Assembly: GCA_003142185.1 (NCBI GenBank) | Contig: PLOR01000022.1 | Coordinates: 2,336 to 66,335 of the forward strand | Length of the DNA stretch: 64,000 nucleotides | Reading direction: 5' to 3' | DNA from: Bryobacterales bacterium | Lineage (GTDB): Bacteria > Acidobacteriota > Terriglobia > Bryobacterales > Bryobacteraceae | Shown: positions 37,406-45,568 of the stretch, piece by piece | Layout: every line of letters begins with the position of its first letter | Numbering within the stretch: position 1 is the first letter of the stretch | The notes under the pieces: model-generated | The model's database searches: none | Told to the model about the DNA's origin: nothing | What the model saw: only the letters and a program-made list of their open reading frames with translations | Made by a program: the position numbers and the translations under genes

Positions 37406-38608
37406 ATGCCGCACGACCACGCTGACCACTCACCCGCTGATCGTATTCTGCGTGGCGGAAGGATCTACACGCAGGATCCGTCTCGTCCATGGGCCGAAGC
37501 TTTGGCTGTCTCCGGCAATCGCATATCAGTCATCGGTTCCAATGCCGATGTCGACAGTCTCGCCGGGCCCCATACCCAGATGATCGAACTGAACGGCCGG
37601 TTCGTCATGCCGGGCTTCAATGACGCCCACATCCATTTCACTCCCTCCATGCTTCCCCTTCTGCGCCAGTGCGGGATCACAACCGCACAGACCATTACCG
37701 AGGTGGCTGACTTGCCGGAGTACGTCCGGCTGGCCGGCGAAGGGGCCTTGACCGTGCGGCTGGAAGTCCGTTTGCCGTTGCAAACATGGAGCGAGTTTCC
37801 ACGCTACCGCGCACTGGCCGCGCAGACTGGCGGAATGGTCGAGGTCATCGGGCTGAAGGCCTATGCCGATGGGATGCTGCGGAAACGTACTGCGTTCTTG
37901 CTGGAGCCTTACAGCGGCTCTGCCTCTGGCCGCGGTTCGCTAACCAAAGCGGCGGCGGACACCGCGGTCTTCGACAGAATGCTGGACGGTGCTGTCTCGG
38001 TCGGTGCCGACGTGAGCACTCATGCCATCGGAGACGCCGCGACTCGGTTCGTGTTGGGGCACTACGAGAACCTGATCGCCCGGCACAAACTGGCAGGCCA
38101 TAGGCTTCGAGTCATCCACGCGTCTCTCGTTTCACCAGTCGATTTCTCGAGGTTTGGCGCGTCGAACATCATTGCGGAAGTCAATCCCTATCACGCCATG
38201 GCCATCCCGTGGCTGAAGAACATAGTGGGTGAGGAGCGGACGCGTTGGGCCTTCGCTTTTCGGACACTCAAGGCCAACGGCGCTCGTCTGTGCTTCGGTT
38301 CCGACTATCCCGGACCCGATGGCCGGCCGGAGTTCCCACTCAATCCTCTATCCGGAATTCAGGCCACCGTTCTCCACGAGAATCCGCAGGAGCGATTGAG
38401 TGTCCAAGAAGGCTTGGCGGCTTACACGATCGGTTCCGCCTACGCCAGCCGGCACGAAGATCTCAAAGGCGCGTTGCAAGCCGCAATGGTGGCGGATCTG
38501 ATCGTACTTTCGGAGAATCCGCTCGAAGTCGCCGCCGACCGGATCGATTCCATCCGTGTCATCCAGACGTGGATGAACGGGAACATCGTGTTTCAGGGGC
38601 CTGCCTAG
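37406..38608 (+). CDS. Metal-dependent amidohydrolase (amidohydrolase_3 / YtcJ-like)
   Basis: Start at MPHDHADH. The sequence ILRGGRIYTQD...AVSGNRISVIGSN...IELNGRFVMPGFNDAHIHF contains the HxH metal motif, and the C-terminal end DLIVLSENPL is typical of the family. Confidence 0.8.
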   Translation: MPHDHADHSPADRILRGGRIYTQDPSRPWAEALAVSGNRISVIGSNADVDSLAGPHTQMIELNGRFVMPGFNDAHIHFTPSMLPLLRQCGITTAQTITEVADLPEYVRLAGEGALTVRLEVRLPLQTWSEFPRYRALAAQTGGMVEVIGLKAYADGMLRKRTAFLLEPYSGSASGRGSLTKAAADTAVFDRMLDGAVSVGADVSTHAIGDAATRFVLGHYENLIARHKLAGHRLRVIHASLVSPVDFSRFGASNIIAEVNPYHAMAIPWLKNIVGEERTRWAFAFRTLKANGARLCFGSDYPGPDGRPEFPLNPLSGIQATVLHENPQERLSVQEGLAAYTIGSAYASRHEDLKGALQAAMVADLIVLSENPLEVAADRIDSIRVIQTWMNGNIVFQGPA

Positions 38609-38612
38609 CTTC

Positions 38613-39995
38613 TCACAGCTTGGCTTCGCCCAACTCGACCGCCCTCTGCTTCAGATAACCGATGATTTCGACCAGTTGAGGAACTTGTGTGCCGCTCCCC
38701 TCGCGCGCCTGTTGCAGCATCTCGAGGTTGGCGATCGTCGTTTGCACGTGCCACGCAAACTTTGCCGCGGCCAGCGTCCTGGGCAACACGGCGTTCGCGC
38801 TCTTCCAATCGCTCCCGATTGCGGCGAGCTCCAGCACGGTTGCGAGATCCCAGTAGTCGCTGGATGCGGCGCCGCCGCGGCGTGCGACGGCAAAGTTGAC
38901 CAGGGGTAACATCTGCTCGGCCTGCTTCAGATCCCCCTTTTCGATCATCAGGCTGATCGCGTTCACCCCGGGATAGTAGTCTCTGGGGTCCGATTCGAAA
39001 CCCTTTTTGTAAGCGCCGATGGCATCGTCCAGCGCGGCAGTTGCCATCAGGTTCTTGGCCGCTTTCAGCTCCTTGTATCGGTCCTTGTGAACCCTCCCCA
39101 GAATTCCCAACGTCTCCGGGTCCGGGCCGCGTTCCTTCAGCAGTTTGTCCAGGATCGAGATAGCTCTGTCGCGGTCGCCCGGCAGCTTCCGGCGATTGAG
39201 CGCCAGCGCCCACTGCTGTCTGACGACCACGTAGTCCTTGAGGTAGTCGGGGAAAGCGTCGCAGAGTCGGACCATGAGATCCCAAGCGCTCACATCGCGA
39301 TAGGAAAGCATGAGGTCGACGAGCACGCCCGGTTGGGCCGCCTTCAGGTTGCCCAGGCTCTCCTGCACCTGAAGCAGCGCGGCCGCCCGTTGCGCGTCCG
39401 TGGGTCCGCCGCGCGCTTCCGCCAGCTTCAGGCGGAACTCGTCTTCGTGCTTCACGCGGTCCTGAAACGCTTCCGTGACCTCGTGGGGCAGATCGATGCC
39501 GGGGAAATCGGGGATCAATTGAAACAGCGGACTGTCCTTGACCGCTGGTCCCTCCATGACCGCCAGCAGGCGGGCGGTAATGGCCGCCTTGAGCGCGGAG
39601 GCCGCTTCCGCGGTTAGCTTTCCGTTTTCGAGCGTGTAGCCGATGGCGCGCACCATGGCCACGTCGAACGGAAGCGGGTGAATATTGGCGAAGATGGGAA
39701 CCGTCGTGAACGGCCTTGCCGCGTGGCGGATGCCAAGCTCGTAAAACACGTTCGGGTTGGCCAGTGTGAGGTCGGCGACTACGTACTCGGAAAGCAGCAA
39801 CCGGGCGAACATCGGAGCATGAATGATTCCGCCCGTCCGCTCCTCATCGCCCCGTATTGCATCGAGTCCCGCCGCTAGGATCGCCGGTTTGATGGCGTCG
39901 TTGTAAACCTGGTCAAAATCGATCTCGACGCCGGTGGAAGGGTCTTGCTTCTTCTCAAACGGCATGTCCACGAAACAGAGTGCTTGTAGGCTCAT
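38613..39995 (-). CDS. NDT/SLOG/TIR-like Rossmannoid N-domain fused to a helical-repeat (TPR-like; possibly MAP3K-TRAF-binding/DUF4071-like) body
   Basis: 460 aa. The N-terminal pattern is beta1 CFVDMPF, then LDAIRGDE, then SEYVVADLTLANPNVFYELGIRHAARPFTTVPI. This resembles the aD..A.l....D.GT.fElGyA pattern of nucleoside 2-deoxyribosyltransferase / SLOG-type nucleotide-binding folds. Residues from about 200 to 460 are helical repeats. Confidence 0.55.
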   Translation of the reverse strand: MSLQALCFVDMPFEKKQDPSTGVEIDFDQVYNDAIKPAILAAGLDAIRGDEERTGGIIHAPMFARLLLSEYVVADLTLANPNVFYELGIRHAARPFTTVPIFANIHPLPFDVAMVRAIGYTLENGKLTAEAASALKAAITARLLAVMEGPAVKDSPLFQLIPDFPGIDLPHEVTEAFQDRVKHEDEFRLKLAEARGGPTDAQRAAALLQVQESLGNLKAAQPGVLVDLMLSYRDVSAWDLMVRLCDAFPDYLKDYVVVRQQWALALNRRKLPGDRDRAISILDKLLKERGPDPETLGILGRVHKDRYKELKAAKNLMATAALDDAIGAYKKGFESDPRDYYPGVNAISLMIEKGDLKQAEQMLPLVNFAVARRGGAASSDYWDLATVLELAAIGSDWKSANAVLPRTLAAAKFAWHVQTTIANLEMLQQAREGSGTQVPQLVEIIGYLKQRAVELGEAKL

Positions 39996-40124
39996 TGTGC
40001 CAGTGCTCCAGGGCTTTGCGGATCGATTGGATCCGGGTGCCCTCGTTGGCCGGGTAGGTTCCCGGCTCGTTAGTGATTCCGTAAATCAAGACGGTGGGGG
40101 CCATGTCGTTGAACTTACCCTATC

Positions 40125-41255
40125 CTAGTTCTTATCCGTACCCCTCTTACGAAAACTCTTCACAAATCCGTCGATTTTCGTGGGATCAGAGAGCATTTCC
40201 ATGGCGTTTAATACTCTGCGGACAAGATCTTTCCGATACGTCTTGACCACCTTCTCTTTACTAGCGTACAGCTGCCGTATGTATTCGTCGGGAGGGAACC
40301 ACTGCGTCATCGCGATCTCAATCTTCTCTTCAGAATCGCACTTTTCCAGCCTGATGGGCAGCAGACACTGGCCGTCCCGCGTTCTTCTGCGCAGGATGGT
40401 GAACAGCTCCTTCTTTTGTATGAAATCCGACGCATGGAAGCGCGGGCTCATCAGCGCCAGCGCCAGGTCACAGTGCCGAAGCGCAAACTTGATCTCTTCT
40501 TCCCAACGGAGGCCCGTCTGGATGCCCTGTTCCCAGAAATCGTCCTGTCCCGGCACATCATCGGCCCTCTTCGGCGGCGGCTTCCGATCCCACCAAAGGA
40601 AAACGTGCTCTTTACCGAGAGCCGCTTCTGTCGCAGCGCGAAGATCCTCAAAATATGTGTCGTCAACCCTAGCCCCCTTCGGGACTATGTCTTTATGTGC
40701 GTAACAGACAAACACGGTTGTGAGCCATCTCAGGTTCGTCAGCGTTTTCCCAAGACCCTCGACGAACTCCCCGAGCAGCGCCCGCGCTGCCGGAACCCGG
40801 TTCTCTTTCAGCCGGTCCAGGACGCGCCAGTGATGGCGGACCAACCGTCGGATATAAGCCTTGTGCTGAGGAGGCGACCATCCTGGAAAAGTCAGATAAT
40901 CCAACAATCCCAGCTTTGCGTCCTTCGCCTCGGCGTCAATGCCCGCTACGATACTGTTGTAAGCCTCAAGGGTCGAGCGGGCGGTCGTGCCGGATAGTGT
41001 TGCGGCGGAGGAAGCGAGCAGATTCACCATCGTTCGCTCCAGATGGTAAAGGTCCATCAGACTCTTGCGGAGTTGGAGCTTTTCGTCCAGCCAGAGATTC
41101 AGTTTTTGCTCGGTGTAGGGGTCGGGTTTCGAAAAGTCGGTAAGTGCCTTAGTGCATTCGACTAGCTGCTCGCCTAGCAATTTAACGCACGTGTTGCAAA
41201 CCCCAACAAAACGCTTGCGGTCCTGAATGAATGCTTGGCTAGCCCGCGAAGTCAC
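40125..41255 (-). CDS. TIR-domain protein with unassigned helical N-terminal domain
   Basis: 376 aa with a GTG start (uncertain). The C-terminal half reads VFVCYAHKD...HVFLWWDRK...RWEEEIKFALRHCDLALALMSPRFHASDFIQKKELFTIL...LLPIRLEKCD. This gives the TIR betaA, the D/W box and the S-x-F-x3-E glutamate. Local GC is about 50%. Confidence 0.75.
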   Translation of the reverse strand: MTSRASQAFIQDRKRFVGVCNTCVKLLGEQLVECTKALTDFSKPDPYTEQKLNLWLDEKLQLRKSLMDLYHLERTMVNLLASSAATLSGTTARSTLEAYNSIVAGIDAEAKDAKLGLLDYLTFPGWSPPQHKAYIRRLVRHHWRVLDRLKENRVPAARALLGEFVEGLGKTLTNLRWLTTVFVCYAHKDIVPKGARVDDTYFEDLRAATEAALGKEHVFLWWDRKPPPKRADDVPGQDDFWEQGIQTGLRWEEEIKFALRHCDLALALMSPRFHASDFIQKKELFTILRRRTRDGQCLLPIRLEKCDSEEKIEIAMTQWFPPDEYIRQLYASKEKVVKTYRKDLVRRVLNAMEMLSDPTKIDGFVKSFRKRGTDKN

Positions 41256-41333
41256 AGTGATACAGCGCCTTTCTCCCTGCTTCCGCGCGCGCCTCTATGC
41301 GAGCCGAGCCCGCTATGGCGCGTGCCGTTTCGC

Positions 41334-42563
41334 TTATTCCTCGGGTTCTTGACCGCTCAGCCAGCTTAGTTGAAGCGCGTCGCGATAAACACGATCCATC
41401 AGGTCCATCTTCTCAATCAATGTACTCTTCAGTTCGTCCAGGCGAAATATCTCCCGGAGTTTCAGATAGAGTTTCGAAAGGGCGTCACCCGCGATGATGT
41501 ATACAGTCGGGTCTTCCAAGCCGGTGGCAAGCATCTGACGCAGCGACAGCACCTTGCTTTGCTTGAAGAGTTTTTTCTTCTTCGGATCGACCATCTGTCG
41601 TATGGTAAGGTCGATCAGCTTGTTTAGTGTCACCAGCGAGTGCCAGCGAGCTCTCACCATTTCACAAACGTCAAGCAACCCAGGCACGAAATACGACGCC
41701 GGATCGACATCGGAGTTTTCACATACGCACAGAATCGAACGGCGAGACATGCAAACGAAGAGTCGCGCGTCCAGATTCACGCTGAAAAGTCCCGGGATGC
41801 CAACCGGAGTGGGTGGCTCAACGTACGCAGGTTCCAGGAAGAGTTGGTCAGCGACCGAACGGAACAGGATTGGAGCTATCGATGGTTCGTACCTCCGAAT
41901 CTTAATCATCTTGGTGCGAGCCGGGTCGTCGGCGGCATCGCCGTGACCGCAGAATGCCTCTGCGATTTCACCATCGACTGCAGCCACCGTAACTAGCCAA
42001 GGGCTTTGGCCTTCTCTGCCGGGCTCGATCAAGTCGTACTTCACGTCCAAACGGTCGAGGGAGTGTTCTGTGCAGAGATTAGTGACCAGTTCCTCAAAGC
42101 GGTCGTAAAGGCTCTTACGGCCAGAACCTTCACCTTCTAAGTACATTGGCTCCGGGGCCACTGTCGATGCCCCCGGCCTCTGCGAAGTCAGGTTCAGAAG
42201 CTTCAGGATGTCAACGGTGGAGAGTTTCTGCGTGGGCTTGCCGGTTACGTCGAGAGTCAGGCAACAGGTTGCACCACTCGGAAAGATCCGAATCAGCGAA
42301 CCGAAGGAAAACTCCCGTCCGGCAACGGTCCCGCTGCGCTTGGAGGATTCAAACCAGGCGGAATCTGCCCTTAGCGACAAGTGTGGGACGATGCTCTCGC
42401 GACTGCTGGGAGTGCCCATGTGCTCTGTCCCTCTTGCTTTGGGCAAGTCGGGCGGGTAGACGGCTTTGCCGTTCTTAAAGGCGGGCACAAACGAGTAGAT
42501 GAAGTAAACCGTGACTCTATGACAGGAAAATGGGACGGTCAGTGTCGCTTTGTCTTCAGTCAT
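41334..42563 (-). CDS. Hypothetical 409-aa protein, no recognisable domain
   Basis: Long ORF at about 50% GC with a GAGG 9 nt upstream of the ATG. It starts 15 bp after the ABC ATPase stop. No TM segment and no catalytic motif was recognised by eye. Confidence 0.6.
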   Translation of the reverse strand: MTEDKATLTVPFSCHRVTVYFIYSFVPAFKNGKAVYPPDLPKARGTEHMGTPSSRESIVPHLSLRADSAWFESSKRSGTVAGREFSFGSLIRIFPSGATCCLTLDVTGKPTQKLSTVDILKLLNLTSQRPGASTVAPEPMYLEGEGSGRKSLYDRFEELVTNLCTEHSLDRLDVKYDLIEPGREGQSPWLVTVAAVDGEIAEAFCGHGDAADDPARTKMIKIRRYEPSIAPILFRSVADQLFLEPAYVEPPTPVGIPGLFSVNLDARLFVCMSRRSILCVCENSDVDPASYFVPGLLDVCEMVRARWHSLVTLNKLIDLTIRQMVDPKKKKLFKQSKVLSLRQMLATGLEDPTVYIIAGDALSKLYLKLREIFRLDELKSTLIEKMDLMDRVYRDALQLSWLSGQEPEE

Positions 42564-42578
42564 GGGTCGGTGCCTCGC

Positions 42579-43361
42579 TCATGCGGATTTCTCCAGCGCC
42601 TCGCGGCGGAAGATTTCCAACGCTTGTTTCTTCATCGAGGCGAATGCCTCGCTGCCCATTTGAGTCAGTTCCTTCTGGGCCGGCAGTTTGCTCTCCAGCA
42701 CCGCGGCGACGCTGGCCGGGCGCTTGGTCAGGAATACCGTCCGCTCGCCCAGGTAGATCGCTTCGTCGATATCGTGCGAGACCAGCAAAATGGTAACCCC
42801 GGTCGCTTCCCAGATCTGCAGCACCTTCTCATACAGGCTAAGGTTGGTCTGATAGTCGAGGGCGGAGAACGGCTCGTCCATGATAAGAATGTCGGGGTCG
42901 AGGATCAACGCGCGCAGAATGGACGTCAGTTGCGCCTGCCCGCCCGACAGCGCATAGGTGTAAGCGCCCAGATCAATCCGGAACTGGAAACGGGCCACCA
43001 CCGCTTCCACCTTGCTCATCCGCTCGGGCTTCGAAACGCCGCGGATCCGCAGCGGGAAGGCGATGTTCTCGGCGACCGTAAGCCACGGCATCAGGTATCC
43101 GCGGTAGTCCTGAAACACGTAGCCGACGCGCGGGCGGGATGTGCCGCCATTCATCTTGACGCTCCCCTCGTCCAGGCTTTCCACGCCGACGATGACGTTC
43201 AGCAGAGTGGTCTTGCCGCAGCCGTTCGGCCCGAAGAACGTCAAAAACTCGCCTTTGCGGACGTCCAGCGAGAAGTCGCGCAGGACCACGTTGCGCTTCT
43301 GACCCTCGCCAAACGCCTTCGAGGCGTGCTCGATCTCGATGTATAGGGGACGATCGCTCAC
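42579..43361 (-). CDS. ABC transporter ATP-binding protein (NitT/TauT family)
   Basis: GTG start at 43361 overlaps the permease stop (GTGA). Motifs: Walker A GPNGCGKTT, signature LSGGQAQ, Walker B ILIMDEPFSALD. The longer ORF 42579..44093 overlaps the permease out of frame and is rejected. Confidence 0.9.
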   Translation of the reverse strand: MSDRPLYIEIEHASKAFGEGQKRNVVLRDFSLDVRKGEFLTFFGPNGCGKTTLLNVIVGVESLDEGSVKMNGGTSRPRVGYVFQDYRGYLMPWLTVAENIAFPLRIRGVSKPERMSKVEAVVARFQFRIDLGAYTYALSGGQAQLTSILRALILDPDILIMDEPFSALDYQTNLSLYEKVLQIWEATGVTILLVSHDIDEAIYLGERTVFLTKRPASVAAVLESKLPAQKELTQMGSEAFASMKKQALEIFRREALEKSA

Positions 43362-44170
43362 TTTCCCGTCCAGAACACGATTCGCGTCTCTGCCCACACG
43401 AAGCCGCGGTTGATTAAGTAGCCCAGCAACCCAATTAATACGAGAACGGCATACAACTTCTCCGTGTCGTTCACGGTATAGGCATCGAATACCCGCTGGC
43501 CGAGCCCCAATTGCGTGCCGATAAACATCTCGCTGACGATGACCACCACCAGGCAGAGCGACAGCGAGGTCCGCATGCCTGACAGCGTCTGGGGCAAAGC
43601 TTCGAAAAAGACCACCCAACGGAAGACTTGCCATTCGGACGCCCCGAACACCCGCGCTGCCCGCAGCCGCGTCTCTTTGGCCTGCAGCGCGCCGTAGGCG
43701 CAGTTCAGAATGACGACAAAGAGCGCGGCCGAAAACGCCATCGCGATCTTGGCGCTGTCTCCGATGCCGAAGAGCAGCAGGAAAAGCGGAAAGAGCGCCG
43801 TCACCGGAAGCGAGCGGAAGAAGTCGAGCGTAGGGTAGCTGGCCGCATAGACCTTGCGGGAATTCCCGATAAACAGCCCAAACGGAACGCCGATCAGGCA
43901 TCCCAGAATGTAGCCGCAGCCCCATCGCCAGGCGGTGGCGCCGATGTCGGAAGTCAAGTGCTCGTGGAGAAACAGCCCCACCAATCGCCTGAACGTAGCG
44001 GTCGGGGATGGAACCAATAGAGGGGGAACCAACTTCAAGCCTGTGACCAGATACCACAACGCCAGACACAGCAGGGGGAGAGCGAAGCCCCACACCCCGA
44101 TCCGCACACCGGCGCTACGTCCCGCGGGCGGAGCATCCTTTGTCCTGATCTCTGGAGTTGGCATTGGCAC
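43358..44170 (-). CDS. ABC transporter permease (NitT/TauT family)
   Basis: 270 aa with six hydrophobic segments and the EAA-like loop ...AARVFGASEWQVFRWVVFFEALP. Confidence 0.85.
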   Translation of the reverse strand: MPMPTPEIRTKDAPPAGRSAGVRIGVWGFALPLLCLALWYLVTGLKLVPPLLVPSPTATFRRLVGLFLHEHLTSDIGATAWRWGCGYILGCLIGVPFGLFIGNSRKVYAASYPTLDFFRSLPVTALFPLFLLLFGIGDSAKIAMAFSAALFVVILNCAYGALQAKETRLRAARVFGASEWQVFRWVVFFEALPQTLSGMRTSLSLCLVVVIVSEMFIGTQLGLGQRVFDAYTVNDTEKLYAVLVLIGLLGYLINRGFVWAETRIVFWTGK

Positions 44171-44176
44171 GGAAGA

Positions 44177-45187
44177 TCACTTTGCCGTGGGAGTGGTTCT
44201 GGCGGCATCCGCCTGTCGCAGAAAGCTGAGATCCAAAACGTCGGTATAAGCAGGCACCGGCTTGTTGTCGAGGCCTTTCTGTGTCGCCTTCGCCCACTGG
44301 CCGGTGCTGGCGAAAACGTTCAACAGCCCCTCGTCCGCCTGCACGTTCAGCTCATATTCGCCCCAGATGGCGGTGAGAACCGACGGATCCATTTGCATCT
44401 CCTTGGCCAGAATCGCAATGGCCTCCTCACGGTGGTCCTTGACGAACGCCTCAGCGCGGATCAGGGCCTTCAGAAACGACCGGATTCGAGCCGGCTCGGC
44501 CTTGGCAAAATCGCCCCGCACCGCCAGCAATCCATACGCGGTGTAAATCCGCGGATCGTTGAACTGCACCAGCTTGCCGTCGAGCGCCTGCTCGACGTTG
44601 TAGCGGTATGGCTGCCAGACCGATCCCGCGGGGATGCTCCCATTCAGCACCGAGGCCTGAATGCTGGGTGCCGTCAGGCTGAGAAACTGGATCTTCTTTC
44701 GGTCCAGCTTGTAGAAATCGACGAAAAGGTCCGCGAACCGGTGAGAAGTCGTGCCGGGAACCAGAGCCAGGGTCTTGCCCTCCAGATCCTTTGGCGTTCG
44801 GATGCCCTTGTCCCGCCGCGCCATGATCGCGTCATCGTGCTTCCGCATGACGCTGGCGATCACCTTGACGTCGGCCCCCTCCTGGAACTTCACAAAGGCG
44901 ACGTTGGTCTCCACGATGACGCCGAAATTCAGGTCGCCACTAACCACCGCATCCATCGCCACTTTGCCCGTTTGCAGATAATTGGGCCGGACGTCCAGAC
45001 CTTCCGCCTGGAAGAAGCCTTTCTGCTGCGCGATGATCGGCAGCATCGAGATATTCGTGGGGCCACCCCACACGAGTGGCTTCAAAGCAGATCCCTTGGA
45101 GGCGTAGCGATAGATCGCGATGCCGACAGCCAGAACGACCACCGCAGTGGCAACCACCCACGTCAGAGTACGGCGTTTCGCCATCAT
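44177..45187 (-). CDS. ABC transporter substrate-binding protein (NMT1/ThiY/SsuA-like)
   Basis: Start at MMAKRR (ATG 45187), preceded by GGAGGAG. It has an N-terminal anchor helix and then a periplasmic-binding fold (PIIAQQKGFFQAEGLDVRPNYLQTGKVAMDAVVSGDLNFG). Confidence 0.8.
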   Translation of the reverse strand: MMAKRRTLTWVVATAVVVLAVGIAIYRYASKGSALKPLVWGGPTNISMLPIIAQQKGFFQAEGLDVRPNYLQTGKVAMDAVVSGDLNFGVIVETNVAFVKFQEGADVKVIASVMRKHDDAIMARRDKGIRTPKDLEGKTLALVPGTTSHRFADLFVDFYKLDRKKIQFLSLTAPSIQASVLNGSIPAGSVWQPYRYNVEQALDGKLVQFNDPRIYTAYGLLAVRGDFAKAEPARIRSFLKALIRAEAFVKDHREEAIAILAKEMQMDPSVLTAIWGEYELNVQADEGLLNVFASTGQWAKATQKGLDNKPVPAYTDVLDLSFLRQADAARTTPTAK

Positions 45188-45568
45188 CCCAGACTCTCCT
45201 CCGAAAGGTTCAAGGACTTCCAGAATACCGCAAAAGCGATTTCCCAAGAGGGACTTGAGAATGCCCTGAAGTTCTGTCGGCCCAGATGGTCAAACGCTCC
45301 TCCCGGGCAGAGGATCAATCCGGACATCGCCTTCGCGCAAAGCTCGCGCCTTCAATCACCACTCCGGCAAATTTCCCAATCCGCTGTCCCCATAGGCCTT
45401 ACACCATCTTCTGCGTACTCCGGATGCCGCGCCGCCCGCCTTCCTGTGCCACAGTGAGATTGGGAAGCAAAGCGGGACTGGCACGAATCTCGCTGCTCTT
45501 GCGAAACTTCGTGCCAGTACCCGGTTTGCTTGGGTGCCCCGCTTCGTTTTTCGCCCGGTTCACTGGCT

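Noticed and set aside
39955-40104. A 49-codon ORF (MAPTVLIYGITNEPGTYPANEGTRIQSIRKALEHWHNEPTSTLFRGHAV) in the gap between the TIR gene and the NDT-like gene, considered as a possible fourth small component.
   Set aside because: It overlaps the start of the 460-aa gene by 41 nt in another frame. It has no evident RBS and no recognisable family. It is worth a Ribo-seq look but is not supportable from sequence alone.
43362-44093. The 504-aa ORF 42579..44093 read as one protein.
   Set aside because: Its first 244 codons or so overlap the permease gene in another frame and lack any motif. The ATPase homology begins at the GTG at 43361, which overlaps the permease stop.
45474-45529. A sigma54 promoter or riboswitch upstream of the ABC-transporter operon. 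On the minus strand the sequence is CTGGCACGAAGTTTCGCA, inside a 10-bp perfect hairpin (CTGGCACGAA...TTCGTGCCAG).
   Set aside because: The GG-to-GC spacing is 11 nt instead of 10, and the -12 element reads TCGC/TTCG rather than TTGC. No TPP-box elements (CUGAGA / ACCUGAUCUGGAUAAUGCCAGCG-like) were found in 45188-45560.
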